Assembly (NCBI GenBank): GCA_052168235.1
Contig: JBQLZK010000027.1
Coordinates: 1-64,000, forward strand
Length of the DNA stretch: 64,000 nucleotides
Reading direction: 5' to 3'
DNA from: Thainema sp.
GTDB taxonomy: Bacteria > Cyanobacteriota > Cyanobacteriia > Phormidesmidales > Phormidesmidaceae
Part shown: piece after piece, positions 11,094 to 20,659 of the stretch
Position numbering within the stretch: position 1 is the stretch's first letter
Layout: each line of letters begins with the position of its first letter
Position numbers and translations under genes: made by a program
Notes under the pieces: generated by a model
What the model was told of the DNA's origin: nothing
The model's database searches: none
What the model saw: the letters and a program-made list of their open reading frames with translations, nothing else

Positions 11094-11185
11094 TATAGCA
11101 CTAAACCCGAGGTAGATATTTTGCTGCCGCCGGACAGTAGCAAAATACCCACCTCGGGTTTTCGTTTGGCAAAGTTAAAGCTGTA
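11094..11185. repeat. Hairpin-core dispersed repeat
   Basis: aaacccgaggt..tattttgctg...gtagcaaaata..acctcgggttt imperfect palindrome within TATAGC...GCTGTA ends. Confidence 0.5.
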
Positions 11186-11192
11186 TGAAACG

Positions 11193-11336
11193 CTATTTGC
11201 CTTTGCGATCGCGTTCTTGACGACGGCGATCGCGCCATTCGGCAGCCGTCAGATAAGCGGCCCCGCCCGTGACGGTTACGAGCAGTCCTAGCGCTATCAC
11301 AACGAGAACACTGTACGCAGTTGTTTCAAAGCCCAT
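11193..11336 (-). CDS. 47-aa single-TM microprotein downstream of petN
   Basis: MGFETTAYSVLVVIALGLLVTVTGGAAYLTAAEWRDRRRQERDRKGK, starting 14 nt after the petN stop. Confidence 0.7.
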   Translation of the reverse strand: MGFETTAYSVLVVIALGLLVTVTGGAAYLTAAEWRDRRRQERDRKGK

Positions 11337-11350
11337 ATTGCTAATCGAAA

Positions 11351-11440
11351 CTAAAAGCCATTTCGTGCCCAGACAACGAGAGAGATGGAGAAGGTGAACA
11401 TTACCAACAGTGAAATCCAGCCAAGAGTCAAAATGTCCAT
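11351..11440 (-). CDS. petN: Cytochrome b6f subunit PetN
   Basis: 29 aa [29 protein letters not shown], typical PetN sequence (absent from ORF track). Confidence 0.95.
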   Translation of the reverse strand: MDILTLGWISLLVMFTFSISLVVWARNGF

Positions 11441-11531
11441 ATTTATACGGGTTCTATACGAGTTGCAATTCAGGATGAATACAACCCTTATGATAAAGGA
11501 CGCGTGCCCCAATTTGTTCTAACTTGTCATT

Positions 11532-11620
11532 TATAGCGATAGCCATATTCGCTAGGACATTGTGGTGGCGACGTTGCGCCACCACATGTCTGTGTCCCAA
11601 CTTAGCTTGCTACAGCTATA
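11532..11620. mobile_element. TATAGC...GCTATA-ended miniature element with central hairpin
   Basis: Ends tatagcgatagc / gctacagctata; core tgtggtggcg...cgccaccaca. Confidence 0.55.
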
Positions 11621-11674
11621 CATTTTGCTCTAACCGTAAAGCGGTAATTGATTAGCAATACGCCAAGCGCGAAA

Positions 11675-12403
11675 TTATACTTTGTCTTTTGGCATTGGGC
11701 GCATGGCGTGAATCCGCTGAACATGGGGATAATAATCACGTTGGAAAGCGGTCTTTAGTGCTTGGGAGGGGGGAAGCAGATGCTGAGTAACGGGTTTGGA
11801 ACGGGTAACTGGAACAGACGAGCTGCGTCGCTGCGGCATCTGAATGCGATTTCGCTCAACGGCTAGTAAAAGAGATTTATGGGGCGGCACTAGCGGCTGA
11901 TAGACATGAGCAGGCTGATACTGATACAGCATCATTTGTGAGGCTAGCTCTTGGCGCTTACGCTGTTGGGCAGCTAGTAACAGCGGCAGGCTGTTTGCGA
12001 TCGCACCCATCAAAATGCCGCTCACCAATAGCCCAGTACCAAACAAAAACAGCGTGAGCGAGGGCTTCACCATCCAAGCCTGAGCGGTTAAAGCTGACAG
12101 CGCCAGAATAATAATACTGCCGCTAAACAACAGAATTGCGCTGGAAAAACAGAAGCGCCCCGCTTTTACTCCCCAGTAAATCCGTTTGGCAAACCGCAGT
12201 TCATACTTCAGCCGACCCACGTAGAATCGCGGTATATGCGGCTGCTGGAGCGCTTGTCGATAGCGGTGATACGTTTGCCGAATTCGGGCTAGATGACTCG
12301 GACGGGTGTAGACCAGCCCCAGCCACAATAAGGCGCAGGCCACAATCATCAGGGCAGAATTCAGCATGAGTTGGATAACTTGAGACATTTGGTAGGTATC
12401 CAT
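11675..12403 (-). CDS. Hypothetical membrane protein (DUF2721-like)
   Basis: 242 aa, three hydrophobic segments, QVIQLMLNSALMIVACA N-terminus. Confidence 0.6.
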   Translation of the reverse strand: MDTYQMSQVIQLMLNSALMIVACALLWLGLVYTRPSHLARIRQTYHRYRQALQQPHIPRFYVGRLKYELRFAKRIYWGVKAGRFCFSSAILLFSGSIIILALSALTAQAWMVKPSLTLFLFGTGLLVSGILMGAIANSLPLLLAAQQRKRQELASQMMLYQYQPAHVYQPLVPPHKSLLLAVERNRIQMPQRRSSSVPVTRSKPVTQHLLPPSQALKTAFQRDYYPHVQRIHAMRPMPKDKV

Positions 12404-12502
12404 TGAGATTCCGCCCTCAATAAATTAAGTTCAATTGTACTATGAATGAACAGAGATTGAACTTAATTTGGGCACAGATGTACGAGTTGACTCGTTGATC
12501 CT

Positions 12503-12629
12503 GTAGGTTGGGTTGACGAAGGAAACCCAACATCAATAGGTGGTTTGTTTATTTTGTAAGTTAATTGCAAATTCGGAAGATTCAACAAACCTCTACCTGT
12601 TGGGTTTCGCATTGCTCAACCCAACCTAC
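12503..12629. repeat. Inverted REP doublet (GTAG-type, REPIN-like)
   Basis: gtaggttgggttgacgaaggaaacccaaca and inverted tgttgggtttcgcattgctcaacccaacctac. Confidence 0.7.
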
Positions 12630-12775
12630 TAGCGCGGCAGGACTAAAATATTGGGTAAAGAACTTCCTCAGGTTATTGATATCTCGTTCAACAAGTATTG
12701 GATTTACCCAGCAAATTAGACTTGCCGCGCTACTACAACTACGAAGAGCCAGTAAAGCGGACGCCAAATTCTACC

Positions 12776-13834
12776 TCAGATATTTGCAGGTTTGTTTAAA
12801 AGCCGATTAATTTCTGTTTGCAGTTGCGATCGCAGATGTTGCGCCTGTTGATAGGCAGCCCGCCGCATCAGCGATTGGGCAACTTTCACATCTGGATCAG
12901 CAGCTTGAGGTGCAGCATCCGTTGAGCAGCATTGTACTGACTGGACAAAATATTGCAACCGACTTTTCGCGGCCCAAACGCCCATCGACGGAAAGAGCAT
13001 AAACAGGGGCATCAGAGGCGAAATGGGCAAAAACGGCATATTCAGCAGTCGCTGCACGGATTTGAGGTTGTAGGCGACTGGATGTAACGTTTCATTACCC
13101 ACGCAGGTAATCGGCAAAATGGGAATATCGTAGCGCTGGCTCAGTTCAACAAAGCTGGGGTGAAACGTTTGCAGTTGATAGCGCTGTCGCCAGCCTTTTT
13201 GTGGCCCCCGCAGTCCCTCCGGCGCGTAGAGCAAAATCATCCGATCTGCGATCGCAGCTTCAAAATCATCCGCCTCGGCTCGAATACCGCCCAACACCTG
13301 CGACCAACTAGGCGGCAACCACCAGATCACCCACGGATGTTCAAATAGGGACACGCCCGCCAAGGGATGCAGCGCCCAGTTTTGCTCGCGCCCCAGCAGA
13401 TAGGCCAAGCTCATAAAATCCCAGGGAAAGCACATGCCTGCATGATTCATTGCGATAATTAGCGGCCCTTGAGCAGGTAAATTTTCGACCTGGTGCAGCT
13501 CGGCTTGGAAGTAGCGCTGCACGATGGGAGCCAGCACTTCATCCCGAAAGGCGGTTTGGTAAACCGGATCAAATTCTGGTTTGACCTGTAACTTTGGCAA
13601 CCGACAGCCCAACCGCAGCCAGCGAATCAGAACCGCCACGTAAAACCCCAGTGGAATCAGAAACAGCGCGTATTCAAACCAGCGCCAGCCATCTAGATCG
13701 TCATGATAGTGCTGCCAGTGGCGATTAAAGAAAATCAGCCAAGCGGGTGGATACCAGAGGCAAAATCGATCAAACCAGCCGAAGGGATAGGAACCAGTCT
13801 GCTGAGAAGGCTGAGATGCGATCTGACTAGTCAT
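12776..13834 (-). CDS. Phospholipid/glycerol acyltransferase family protein
   Basis: NHAG...WD and LLYAPEG motifs. Confidence 0.8.
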   Translation of the reverse strand: MTSQIASQPSQQTGSYPFGWFDRFCLWYPPAWLIFFNRHWQHYHDDLDGWRWFEYALFLIPLGFYVAVLIRWLRLGCRLPKLQVKPEFDPVYQTAFRDEVLAPIVQRYFQAELHQVENLPAQGPLIIAMNHAGMCFPWDFMSLAYLLGREQNWALHPLAGVSLFEHPWVIWWLPPSWSQVLGGIRAEADDFEAAIADRMILLYAPEGLRGPQKGWRQRYQLQTFHPSFVELSQRYDIPILPITCVGNETLHPVAYNLKSVQRLLNMPFLPISPLMPLFMLFPSMGVWAAKSRLQYFVQSVQCCSTDAAPQAADPDVKVAQSLMRRAAYQQAQHLRSQLQTEINRLLNKPANI

Positions 13835-13903
13835 AGACGGGGCAATTTTAAGTCGCGTTCCTCTCTAGTGTGGCGCACAATGTTGGGAACGTTGTTGGCA
13901 ACG

Positions 13904-14422
13904 TTACTTGTAGCCCGTTAGCCAAGAAAAGACCGAGTGATGCCGGGACTCGATAAATTGATACGTCGGTAACTGCAAAAACTGGCAAATGGCATGTGCG
14001 ATCGCACTTACAGATGCTCGTGAATAAACGCCATACAGAGAAAGACGGATTACTTGATGGTTGAAACGCTCTAACTCTAATCGGTAGGTGTAAATGCCGT
14101 TACGGCGATTCCGCTGTTGCCGAACCAGCACACCCGAAATCTCCCGGAGGGGAAATTGAACAGTTTGACGACCAATCAGCCGCAGCGTCTGTTTCGTGAC
14201 CTGCCCTCCCTGTTTATCAAAGGTCGTAATCTCGATGCCACCTGTAGCGTACAGTGCAATCAACGAGCCGATGAATAAGAATCCGCTGAATAACAATTTT
14301 TCCGACTGCGTTTCACCATCCGGAAAAAAGCTCAGAGCTATCATCAGAGCGCAAAGCCCCCAAATTAGCACTGGGCGATGCACAACTTTGAGCTGAGAAG
14401 ACGATTGCTCAACGATTCTCAT
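13904..14422 (-). CDS. Hypothetical 2-TM membrane protein
   Basis: 172-aa ATG ORF; two TM helices followed by TFDK...FPLREI beta-rich domain. Confidence 0.75.
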   Translation of the reverse strand: MRIVEQSSSQLKVVHRPVLIWGLCALMIALSFFPDGETQSEKLLFSGFLFIGSLIALYATGGIEITTFDKQGGQVTKQTLRLIGRQTVQFPLREISGVLVRQQRNRRNGIYTYRLELERFNHQVIRLSLYGVYSRASVSAIAHAICQFLQLPTYQFIESRHHSVFSWLTGYK

Positions 14423-14509
14423 GGTGACAAAACGGTGTGCAGGAACAGAATAATATCTGTTCCTAGTGTGCCCGTCTGCCCAAGGAATTCATAACCAACC
14501 ACTCAGACG

Positions 14510-14860
14510 CTAATCGTCGCTGTCCTGAGACGGAATAGAATCAAAAATGTGACCTTCCAGTTCCATGCGCTGCTCCATGCGGCGCAGGAAGTAGCCCGTC
14601 ATCATGGCTGAGGCCAAGAGGCCAGCCAAATTATCGCGATCGGTAGTGACATGAACGTTGAATGCCTCTGACGGCAACATGCCCACTAAGCCTTGAACAT
14701 TTTGAGACACAATCTGCTTAATATCTGGACTGACAGATTGAGCAACCCGAGTCAGCACTTCGGGCGGTTGATTTTGCAGATACTTTAGCAGCGGATTTCC
14801 CTGATCGTCGTCATGCTCGTCACTATTGAAAAAATCTGAATTGTCAGGGCGAAAGACCAT
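14510..14860 (-). CDS. DUF760 domain protein
   Basis: TTDRDNLAGLLASAMMTGYFLRRMEQRMELE. Confidence 0.9.
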   Translation of the reverse strand: MVFRPDNSDFFNSDEHDDDQGNPLLKYLQNQPPEVLTRVAQSVSPDIKQIVSQNVQGLVGMLPSEAFNVHVTTDRDNLAGLLASAMMTGYFLRRMEQRMELEGHIFDSIPSQDSDD

Positions 14861-15030
14861 AAAGATTCTTAAACCTGCTTACTGTACATTTTACCCATTG
14901 TGGCATGTCGCCTTTGATTCATATTGTAACAAGTCATATTTAACCCTAACTTGTACTGAAGGTCGGAATTTTCCCGTCATCTAAAGGCTGAGCCAGATTT
15001 TGGCACTAATGTTTAAGATTCCCCAAAAGA

Positions 15031-15702
15031 TCAGGAAGACGTACCGTAGGGCTGCGGCAGCTTTTCAATTTCGAAATACTGGTGAAACTTGTCCGTCACC
15101 TGGAGCGAATAAGTGCGCTGCTTGGACAGTCGCCGCTTCTGCACAAAACCAAGACTGACCAGCTCATGAACGTGCTGATACGCCCCTGAACCTCTCAGGT
15201 CTACCAAATCCGTTTGGCTGAGCGGCCCCCGCAGTGCGATCGCAGCTAGCGTCCGCAGCGCCCCCACGCCCAGATCCAGCGGAATTAGATAATGAACCAG
15301 ATACTGAAACGCTTCTCGTAGCTGTAGCGCGTAGCCCTCTGAGGTTTCGACAATTTCTAATGCGCTGTCGCGGTGGGCGTAGTCGGTCATCAGTTCAATC
15401 AGCGCCTCTTCTATATCATCGCGATCGCACTGAGCATACTCTGCAATCCTGGCAATCGTCAGTGGCCGCCCTTTGAGATACAGAATCGCTTCGACGATGT
15501 TGGTCAGCGATGGCGGCACATCTGTCAGTTGAGGGGCAATTCGGGGAACATTTACATGCTCCTGCTCATCTTCTAGTTCATCTTCATCCGCTTCCCAAGC
15601 TGGCTGAACCTGCTCATCCTGTATATCAGCATCCTCGGCTGATGGCTCCGATGAACGAGACGCGGCTTGAGTGCGGACGGGTTCTGAATCGTAATCTTCC
15701 AT
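15031..15702 (-). CDS. scpB: SMC-Scp complex subunit ScpB
   Basis: VEAILY, ALRTLAAIA..GP...DLVDLRG, TDKFHQYF; acidic N-terminal extension. Confidence 0.9.
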   Translation of the reverse strand: MEDYDSEPVRTQAASRSSEPSAEDADIQDEQVQPAWEADEDELEDEQEHVNVPRIAPQLTDVPPSLTNIVEAILYLKGRPLTIARIAEYAQCDRDDIEEALIELMTDYAHRDSALEIVETSEGYALQLREAFQYLVHYLIPLDLGVGALRTLAAIALRGPLSQTDLVDLRGSGAYQHVHELVSLGFVQKRRLSKQRTYSLQVTDKFHQYFEIEKLPQPYGTSS

Positions 15703-16191
15703 AACTCACAGAAATTGGCCGTTCTAAAGTATAGATCAGCCCTTTCTTGTTCCATGCCTCAACGGATAATTTGGAAGAGCAATTTGAATCAAAAATTTAG
15801 AAGCAGCGTACCGAGTGTAACTGCGATCGCACCGGGGCAGTGACAGTTATCTAAGTTCGAGCTAAGTTTGATCGCTATACGTTACAAGTAGTTAACTAAG
15901 TAACGGGTCAGTAGCTGAGCGAACTCACTCAAATTCTTTCCAGACTAGATTTTATATTTGCCGTATCGTTGAATATGCTTAGGCTGCAAAACGCTTTAAC
16001 AGCCAGATCTTCACACGGTGATTACGGATATAGAACCTAACTTAAAGTATCAAAAATAACCAAATTCAGAGCTTTCACTGTTTGGTTTTCCTGCTCATAT
16101 TGCCAATCCTAGATGTAGAGATATTTTCCCTTGGCTGTTTGTTTAGTCAACAAACGGGCTGTTCATTCACCTATTAACTAGGAAAAGAATT

Positions 16192-16938
16192 ATGAAACGG
16201 AGTTCCATTTGCGCCGCTGTTTTTACTGGCGCTGCAACGATAGCAACAATGGGTTTGTCAATTGGTGCTGCTGAGGCTGCTAGCTTAAGCTCAACTCAGT
16301 ACTACAGCCAGCTCGGCAGCAAGAGCGGTTTGAGCTACGAAACCTGGAACTTAATCAACGACGGAATCAATGGCGAAGGACAAGCGCTGAGCAACGGTCA
16401 GCTCGTACAACTCGATACCTCTAAGTTGACCTGGCAAGCTGGCGTTAAAGACGTTGAAGTCTTCTTCATCAACGAGGGCGCTGGCTATCACAACAAGTTC
16501 TACTACTCCACCGAAGGCCGCAACGATCTGCAAACCATCTGGGAAGATGCCTCTTCCGAGTACAGCATCCTCGCCAATGGTGGGCCTCTCTCCCTGGGTG
16601 AGCGCCACGTGCTGGGCGATTTTGACGGCAATACTCGGCTGGACTTCTTCTTGCGCAATCCTCAAGGCGATCTCTTCGGTGCGATCGCAGAAGACAATAT
16701 CGACAAACTGGTACACCTAACGACTTATCAAGCTGGCGACCTGCTCGTTCTGGCTTATGAGGACATCACAGGCGGTGGCGATCGCGACTACAACGATGTT
16801 GTCATCGCTGTTCGTGGTTTGGTTGATACATCCACTGCTGATGTACCCGAACCGGCCAGCACAGCTTCACTGGTTGGACTGGGTGTTGTCGGTACCTTGC
16901 TAGCTCGCCGTAAGCGTCAAGCCGATCAGGACGTGTAA
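16192..16938 (+). CDS. PEP-CTERM exported protein with DUF4114 domain
   Basis: Signal peptide, YEDITGGGDRDYNDVV, C-terminal VPEP-TM-RRKR. Confidence 0.9.
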   Translation: MKRSSICAAVFTGAATIATMGLSIGAAEAASLSSTQYYSQLGSKSGLSYETWNLINDGINGEGQALSNGQLVQLDTSKLTWQAGVKDVEVFFINEGAGYHNKFYYSTEGRNDLQTIWEDASSEYSILANGGPLSLGERHVLGDFDGNTRLDFFLRNPQGDLFGAIAEDNIDKLVHLTTYQAGDLLVLAYEDITGGGDRDYNDVVIAVRGLVDTSTADVPEPASTASLVGLGVVGTLLARRKRQADQDV

Positions 16939-17285
16939 GTCTAAACTTTAATTTGCAGCCATAGTTGGGTAGCTAAGCCCTCCTAGATTAGGCATATTTC
17001 TTAGAGCATATTTTTTATAAAGTGCTCCAGCAAATTTAGGATCAAACCTCTCAAATTAATACCAAGCTAAGGCCAGCGTTTCTTTAATAGCGCTGGCCTT
17101 TTATCGTTAGCACTGTACGTTTGTATCACAGGTTCGCAGGCAATTGTTTATATCGCATCCTGTGATTTCAATTACTTCCGAACTTGATGGAGATCACAAC
17201 TGATCCCAAAACTCATCACGGTTATTTCGCCTAAGATTCGAAACAATAAGAAATACCCACGCCACGTCATTGCCGTAGAAGTTTC

Positions 17286-17414
17286 ATGATGCCTAAGCCC
17301 TGCCAAAAACCCCTCCGCCCTAACCCGTTCACGACCCATCGTGATCCCAAAACGGGTAAATGGTACGTCATCTTTCCTCAATCCAACTACCCTAAGCAAG
17401 AAAAGAGTGCTTAA
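17286..17414 (+). CDS. Putative 42-aa microprotein
   Basis: MMPKPCQKPLRPNPFTTHRDPKTGKWYVIFPQSNYPKQEKSA; the NPFTTxRDPxTGxW motif resembles small cyanobacterial hypothetical proteins (from memory). Confidence 0.5.
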   Translation: MMPKPCQKPLRPNPFTTHRDPKTGKWYVIFPQSNYPKQEKSA

Positions 17415-17641
17415 GGGACATTGCGCGATCGCAGAATTCTGAGTCGAGTTCTCGTGTAAGAGTGTAAGATACCTGCGATATGTGGCTCCCTTTCTAGAGT
17501 TGCCAATACCCGATGTTGCAGAATCCAACGTTACTCAAAGAAACGGCTCTCTTTCCCTTCATTGCACCTGCATTCCATCAGTGCTATGTTTCACGCATCA
17601 GCCTCTGAAACAATTTTCATGAAAGTAATAAACCCCAACAG

Positions 17642-17688
17642 GGTTGAAAAGTAGAGTTTTCCCTCAGGGAAAACTCTACTTTTCAACC
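17642..17688. repeat. Perfect intergenic palindrome
   Basis: ggttgaaaagtagagttttccc-tca-gggaaaactctacttttcaacc. Confidence 0.8.
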
Positions 17689-17789
17689 TGGATTTGGTTT
17701 AGAACAGAAGTAGGACAGAAGTAGCAAGACGCTTCGCTCGCTTGCATGAAGCCACCAATTGTTCGATGGCATGATGAGCTCTGATACTT

Positions 17790-17923
17790 TGCCAGTGATA
17801 TGGTGCGATCGCAAATTATTGCTGCAAACGAGATGGTTTGAGTGGTGGCTATTTTGCATCTCGCGCCACGAGGTGCAAAATAGCCAAGATCCTGACTAAC
17901 CTTCCGGCTGCGATGTTACTGGC
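17790..17923. mobile_element. Miniature element with TIR and hairpin core
   Basis: Ends tgccagtgatat / atgttactggca; core tggctattttgcatctcg...cgaggtgcaaaatagcca. Confidence 0.5.
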
Positions 17924-18051
17924 ACAATGAGCGGAACAACTTTACCGGGAAATACGATCTAGGTTCTGTTAACATCTAGTGGCGTGTTGACGGTTCATCT
18001 TCCTCAAACACTAGAATCAAGACGAACTAGTGCAGATTATTTGTAGGCCTC

Positions 18052-19317
18052 ATGCTGTCTTCCCCGGCCCAAATTGAATTGTTTAGGTGTTCACGGCGAC
18101 ATCACCAAGAGCATCCTTATCTCTGGCTGTGGCTGGCGTCTGGATCGGTTTTGGCTCATCTTGCGCTAATCGTTGTGCTGCGCCCTTGGATGATACAGAC
18201 TGAGATCGCACCTGTTCCCCAATCTGAGTCGGATATTGCCGCTATTCAGCTGATTGATGCTGCTTCGTTGCCAGCGGATTCAGCAACTGCATCCAATCAA
18301 GCAGCACCAGCAGCAGAAACTGGGGACGAAAAAGTTGCGATCGCGAAATCCGTTCCGTCTACAACCACACCTCAAACAGTTATTCTGCCGGAGCAACCTG
18401 CTAAGCCAACTCCAACTCCATCTGCGATCGCTAAACCAAGTCCGACACAAATACAAGAGCGTCCGATTACGGCTCCTGCGCCACCGCCTGTCCTGTCACC
18501 CTTTCCCAAAGCACCTGAACCCGATTCTGAACTCAACCCCAACAGTCCTTTACCCAGCCAAGGGCAACCTGTTCCGGCAGCCCCTACAGCGCCTATTTCT
18601 CCGACGCCGACGCCCTCCCCTGCCGCATCCCCCCTGCCACCGACAACACCACCAGCCACATCCTTACCCGTATCAACTCCAGAGGCAGTGTCGCCGGACG
18701 AAGATTTAACGAGCGAAGACACCAGCGGGCTGGATGAGCCGAGTCCATCAGCATCTCCATTACCCTCCCTCTCACCATCAATTCCCACGCCCTCAACGCC
18801 GATTCAACCCGCGCCAGATCCTGCGCCATCTCAGCCTGAGCGCCTACCAGATGTCCCAACGACCTACGACACGTCCCAAGGTTTCAACACTGCGCCAGAA
18901 CTGCCCTTAAATTCAATCCCCGTACAACCTGAAGCTGCGCCTAGTGAAGTGGTCGCTAGCATTAGCAGCACTCCCACGCCAATTACCGATACATCGCGAG
19001 ATATTCTCGATACCTATGCCGCGCCTATTCAGTCTCAAAACACCTTTCTGTTAAGTGATGTTGAGTCTTCTTGCACCCTAAGCGATCCGGCAGCTTGGCA
19101 AGTGATGGGACGATCTGTTTCTGCCCAGGTAGTTGTTGATATTTCTGGCCAAGCCGAAATTATTTCTGGCACCCAGCAAGGCACTAGTAATGCAGATTAT
19201 GATCAGTTTGCCCTTTGCCTCGTAGAACAGCACTGGCAGTTCGCACCTGCTACAATGGCCGGTCAACCTGTACCATCTGATAATTTGAGGATTGAAGTAA
19301 CGCTCAGTCGCACTTAA
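18052..19317 (+). CDS. TonB-like proline-rich membrane-anchored protein
   Basis: N-terminal TM with SVLAH motif, long P/S/T linker, C-terminal VVVD..G...WQFAPA...GQPV. Confidence 0.7.
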   Translation: MLSSPAQIELFRCSRRHHQEHPYLWLWLASGSVLAHLALIVVLRPWMIQTEIAPVPQSESDIAAIQLIDAASLPADSATASNQAAPAAETGDEKVAIAKSVPSTTTPQTVILPEQPAKPTPTPSAIAKPSPTQIQERPITAPAPPPVLSPFPKAPEPDSELNPNSPLPSQGQPVPAAPTAPISPTPTPSPAASPLPPTTPPATSLPVSTPEAVSPDEDLTSEDTSGLDEPSPSASPLPSLSPSIPTPSTPIQPAPDPAPSQPERLPDVPTTYDTSQGFNTAPELPLNSIPVQPEAAPSEVVASISSTPTPITDTSRDILDTYAAPIQSQNTFLLSDVESSCTLSDPAAWQVMGRSVSAQVVVDISGQAEIISGTQQGTSNADYDQFALCLVEQHWQFAPATMAGQPVPSDNLRIEVTLSRT

Positions 19318-19469
19318 CATCGCAGGACAGGCTATGTGGAAAAACTTGCTGAGCAAGGGTTTCACACAATAAATCGGGTTCCTATACGCTGCCTTGAGAT
19401 GAATATTATTTTGGATGAATTACCTAGTTTAGAGTGAACTGTGCTAATCTAGCTTAAGTTAAACGCCTT

Positions 19470-19540
<71 letters not shown>

Positions 19541-19567
19541 TTTTAAGCCCACTTAAAAAATATCGGT

Positions 19568-20104
19568 TTATTTCAAATCAAGTAACCCGTCCTCTTTGAG
19601 CTTGGGGTTGAAGCGAAGATCCATTTTGACTCCTCTAGCCTGAAGCTTTTCCAAAACTTTGGCTTCTACGCGACGGGCTGTTTGCTTAAGGAACTTGATT
19701 TTTCCCAGGTCGTCGAGCTGTTCAAATTGGGCTTTGTCAGTTGCGGTAAGCGTTTGTTTGGCATCAATAGGCTGATTCCACAAATGTGAGATCGCACCAT
19801 TGCCATCCGGTAGTTCACCATTTTCCTCTATCCAAGCCGATTGAATTTCTTCGAGTGCTGTGCGGCTAGGGCGTTCAATGCAGCACACCTTAATCCAGTA
19901 GCAAGCATCAGGCTGGCGCACAAGATGCTGCTTTAGGCTGAGATAGACATTGCGGGAATAGCCGATATACCGGAGCGTTTTTGCCTCATCAAAGATGGCA
20001 TAAACTCCCACTTTGCGATCAAAGTCAGTCGGAATCTGACCATCTTGTAGATAAGGAATAAATTCGAGTTCGCTCAGCACTGGAATAGTCGTTGGAGAAG
20101 TCAT
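19568..20104 (-). CDS. GIY-YIG domain protein (conserved cyanobacterial type)
   Basis: GVYAIFD...YIGYSRN motif; FNPKLKEDGLLDLK C-terminus. Confidence 0.85.
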   Translation of the reverse strand: MTSPTTIPVLSELEFIPYLQDGQIPTDFDRKVGVYAIFDEAKTLRYIGYSRNVYLSLKQHLVRQPDACYWIKVCCIERPSRTALEEIQSAWIEENGELPDGNGAISHLWNQPIDAKQTLTATDKAQFEQLDDLGKIKFLKQTARRVEAKVLEKLQARGVKMDLRFNPKLKEDGLLDLK

Positions 20105-20402
20105 AGAAGTCGAAACAGAGCCGGTTGAGAGCAATAGGGTTAACACAATTACCTCATCAGCCTACCGAGAACCGTAAGCTCTGTCAGGGCGTAGCTACAA
20201 ACAGATGCATTAGTTCACAAACTGAATTGTGACGCCACTTCTACATGAAAGCTCTGGTATGAAACACAACTGTCACTACTTTTGCTACTGCCGAACGGCA
20301 AAAAATGCGCCTTCTGCTTTTGGGGACAGGTTGTGAGTGATGTTACAGTGAGCAATATTATGCAATAACCGATAGTTTTAATCGCGAAAAGGACTGCAAC
20401 TC

Positions 20403-20522
20403 ATGCTGGAATCGTTGAAAAAGACCCTGAGCATCGTGATTAGTTTGCTGCTGCTAACATTTATTGTCGCGAATTTAATCCGCTTAGTGATTTTTAGCTT
20501 GCAGTCTGCACAGATTATTTAG
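20403..20522 (+). CDS. Possible 39-aa hydrophobic microprotein
   Basis: MLESLKKTLSIVISLLLLTFIVANLIRLVIFSLQSAQII with AAGGA upstream. Confidence 0.35.
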   Translation: MLESLKKTLSIVISLLLLTFIVANLIRLVIFSLQSAQII

Positions 20523-20527
20523 AGTCA

Positions 20528-20620
20528 TATAGTGATTCCAGTTAGGAGTGAGAAAACGAGAGAGGAGAGTGCCTCATCCTGAGGCACTCTCCTCTCTCGT
20601 TCTTATCTAGAACCGCTATA
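20528..20620. mobile_element. MITE family C copy 1
   Basis: tatagtgattc...gaaccgctata ends, long palindrome; inverted homolog at 38385-38477. Confidence 0.75.
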
Positions 20621-20659
20621 ATACGCTGATAGTAGTGCCTTTAGGAATTTTGATGCTTG

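Noticed and set aside
17172..17528. 118-aa minus-strand ORF in the track
   Set aside because: Non-ATG start and no recognisable motif; the plus-strand microprotein is more plausible.
18254..18859. Overlapping alternative ORFs in the proline-rich gene
   Set aside because: Shadow frames of low-complexity coding sequence.
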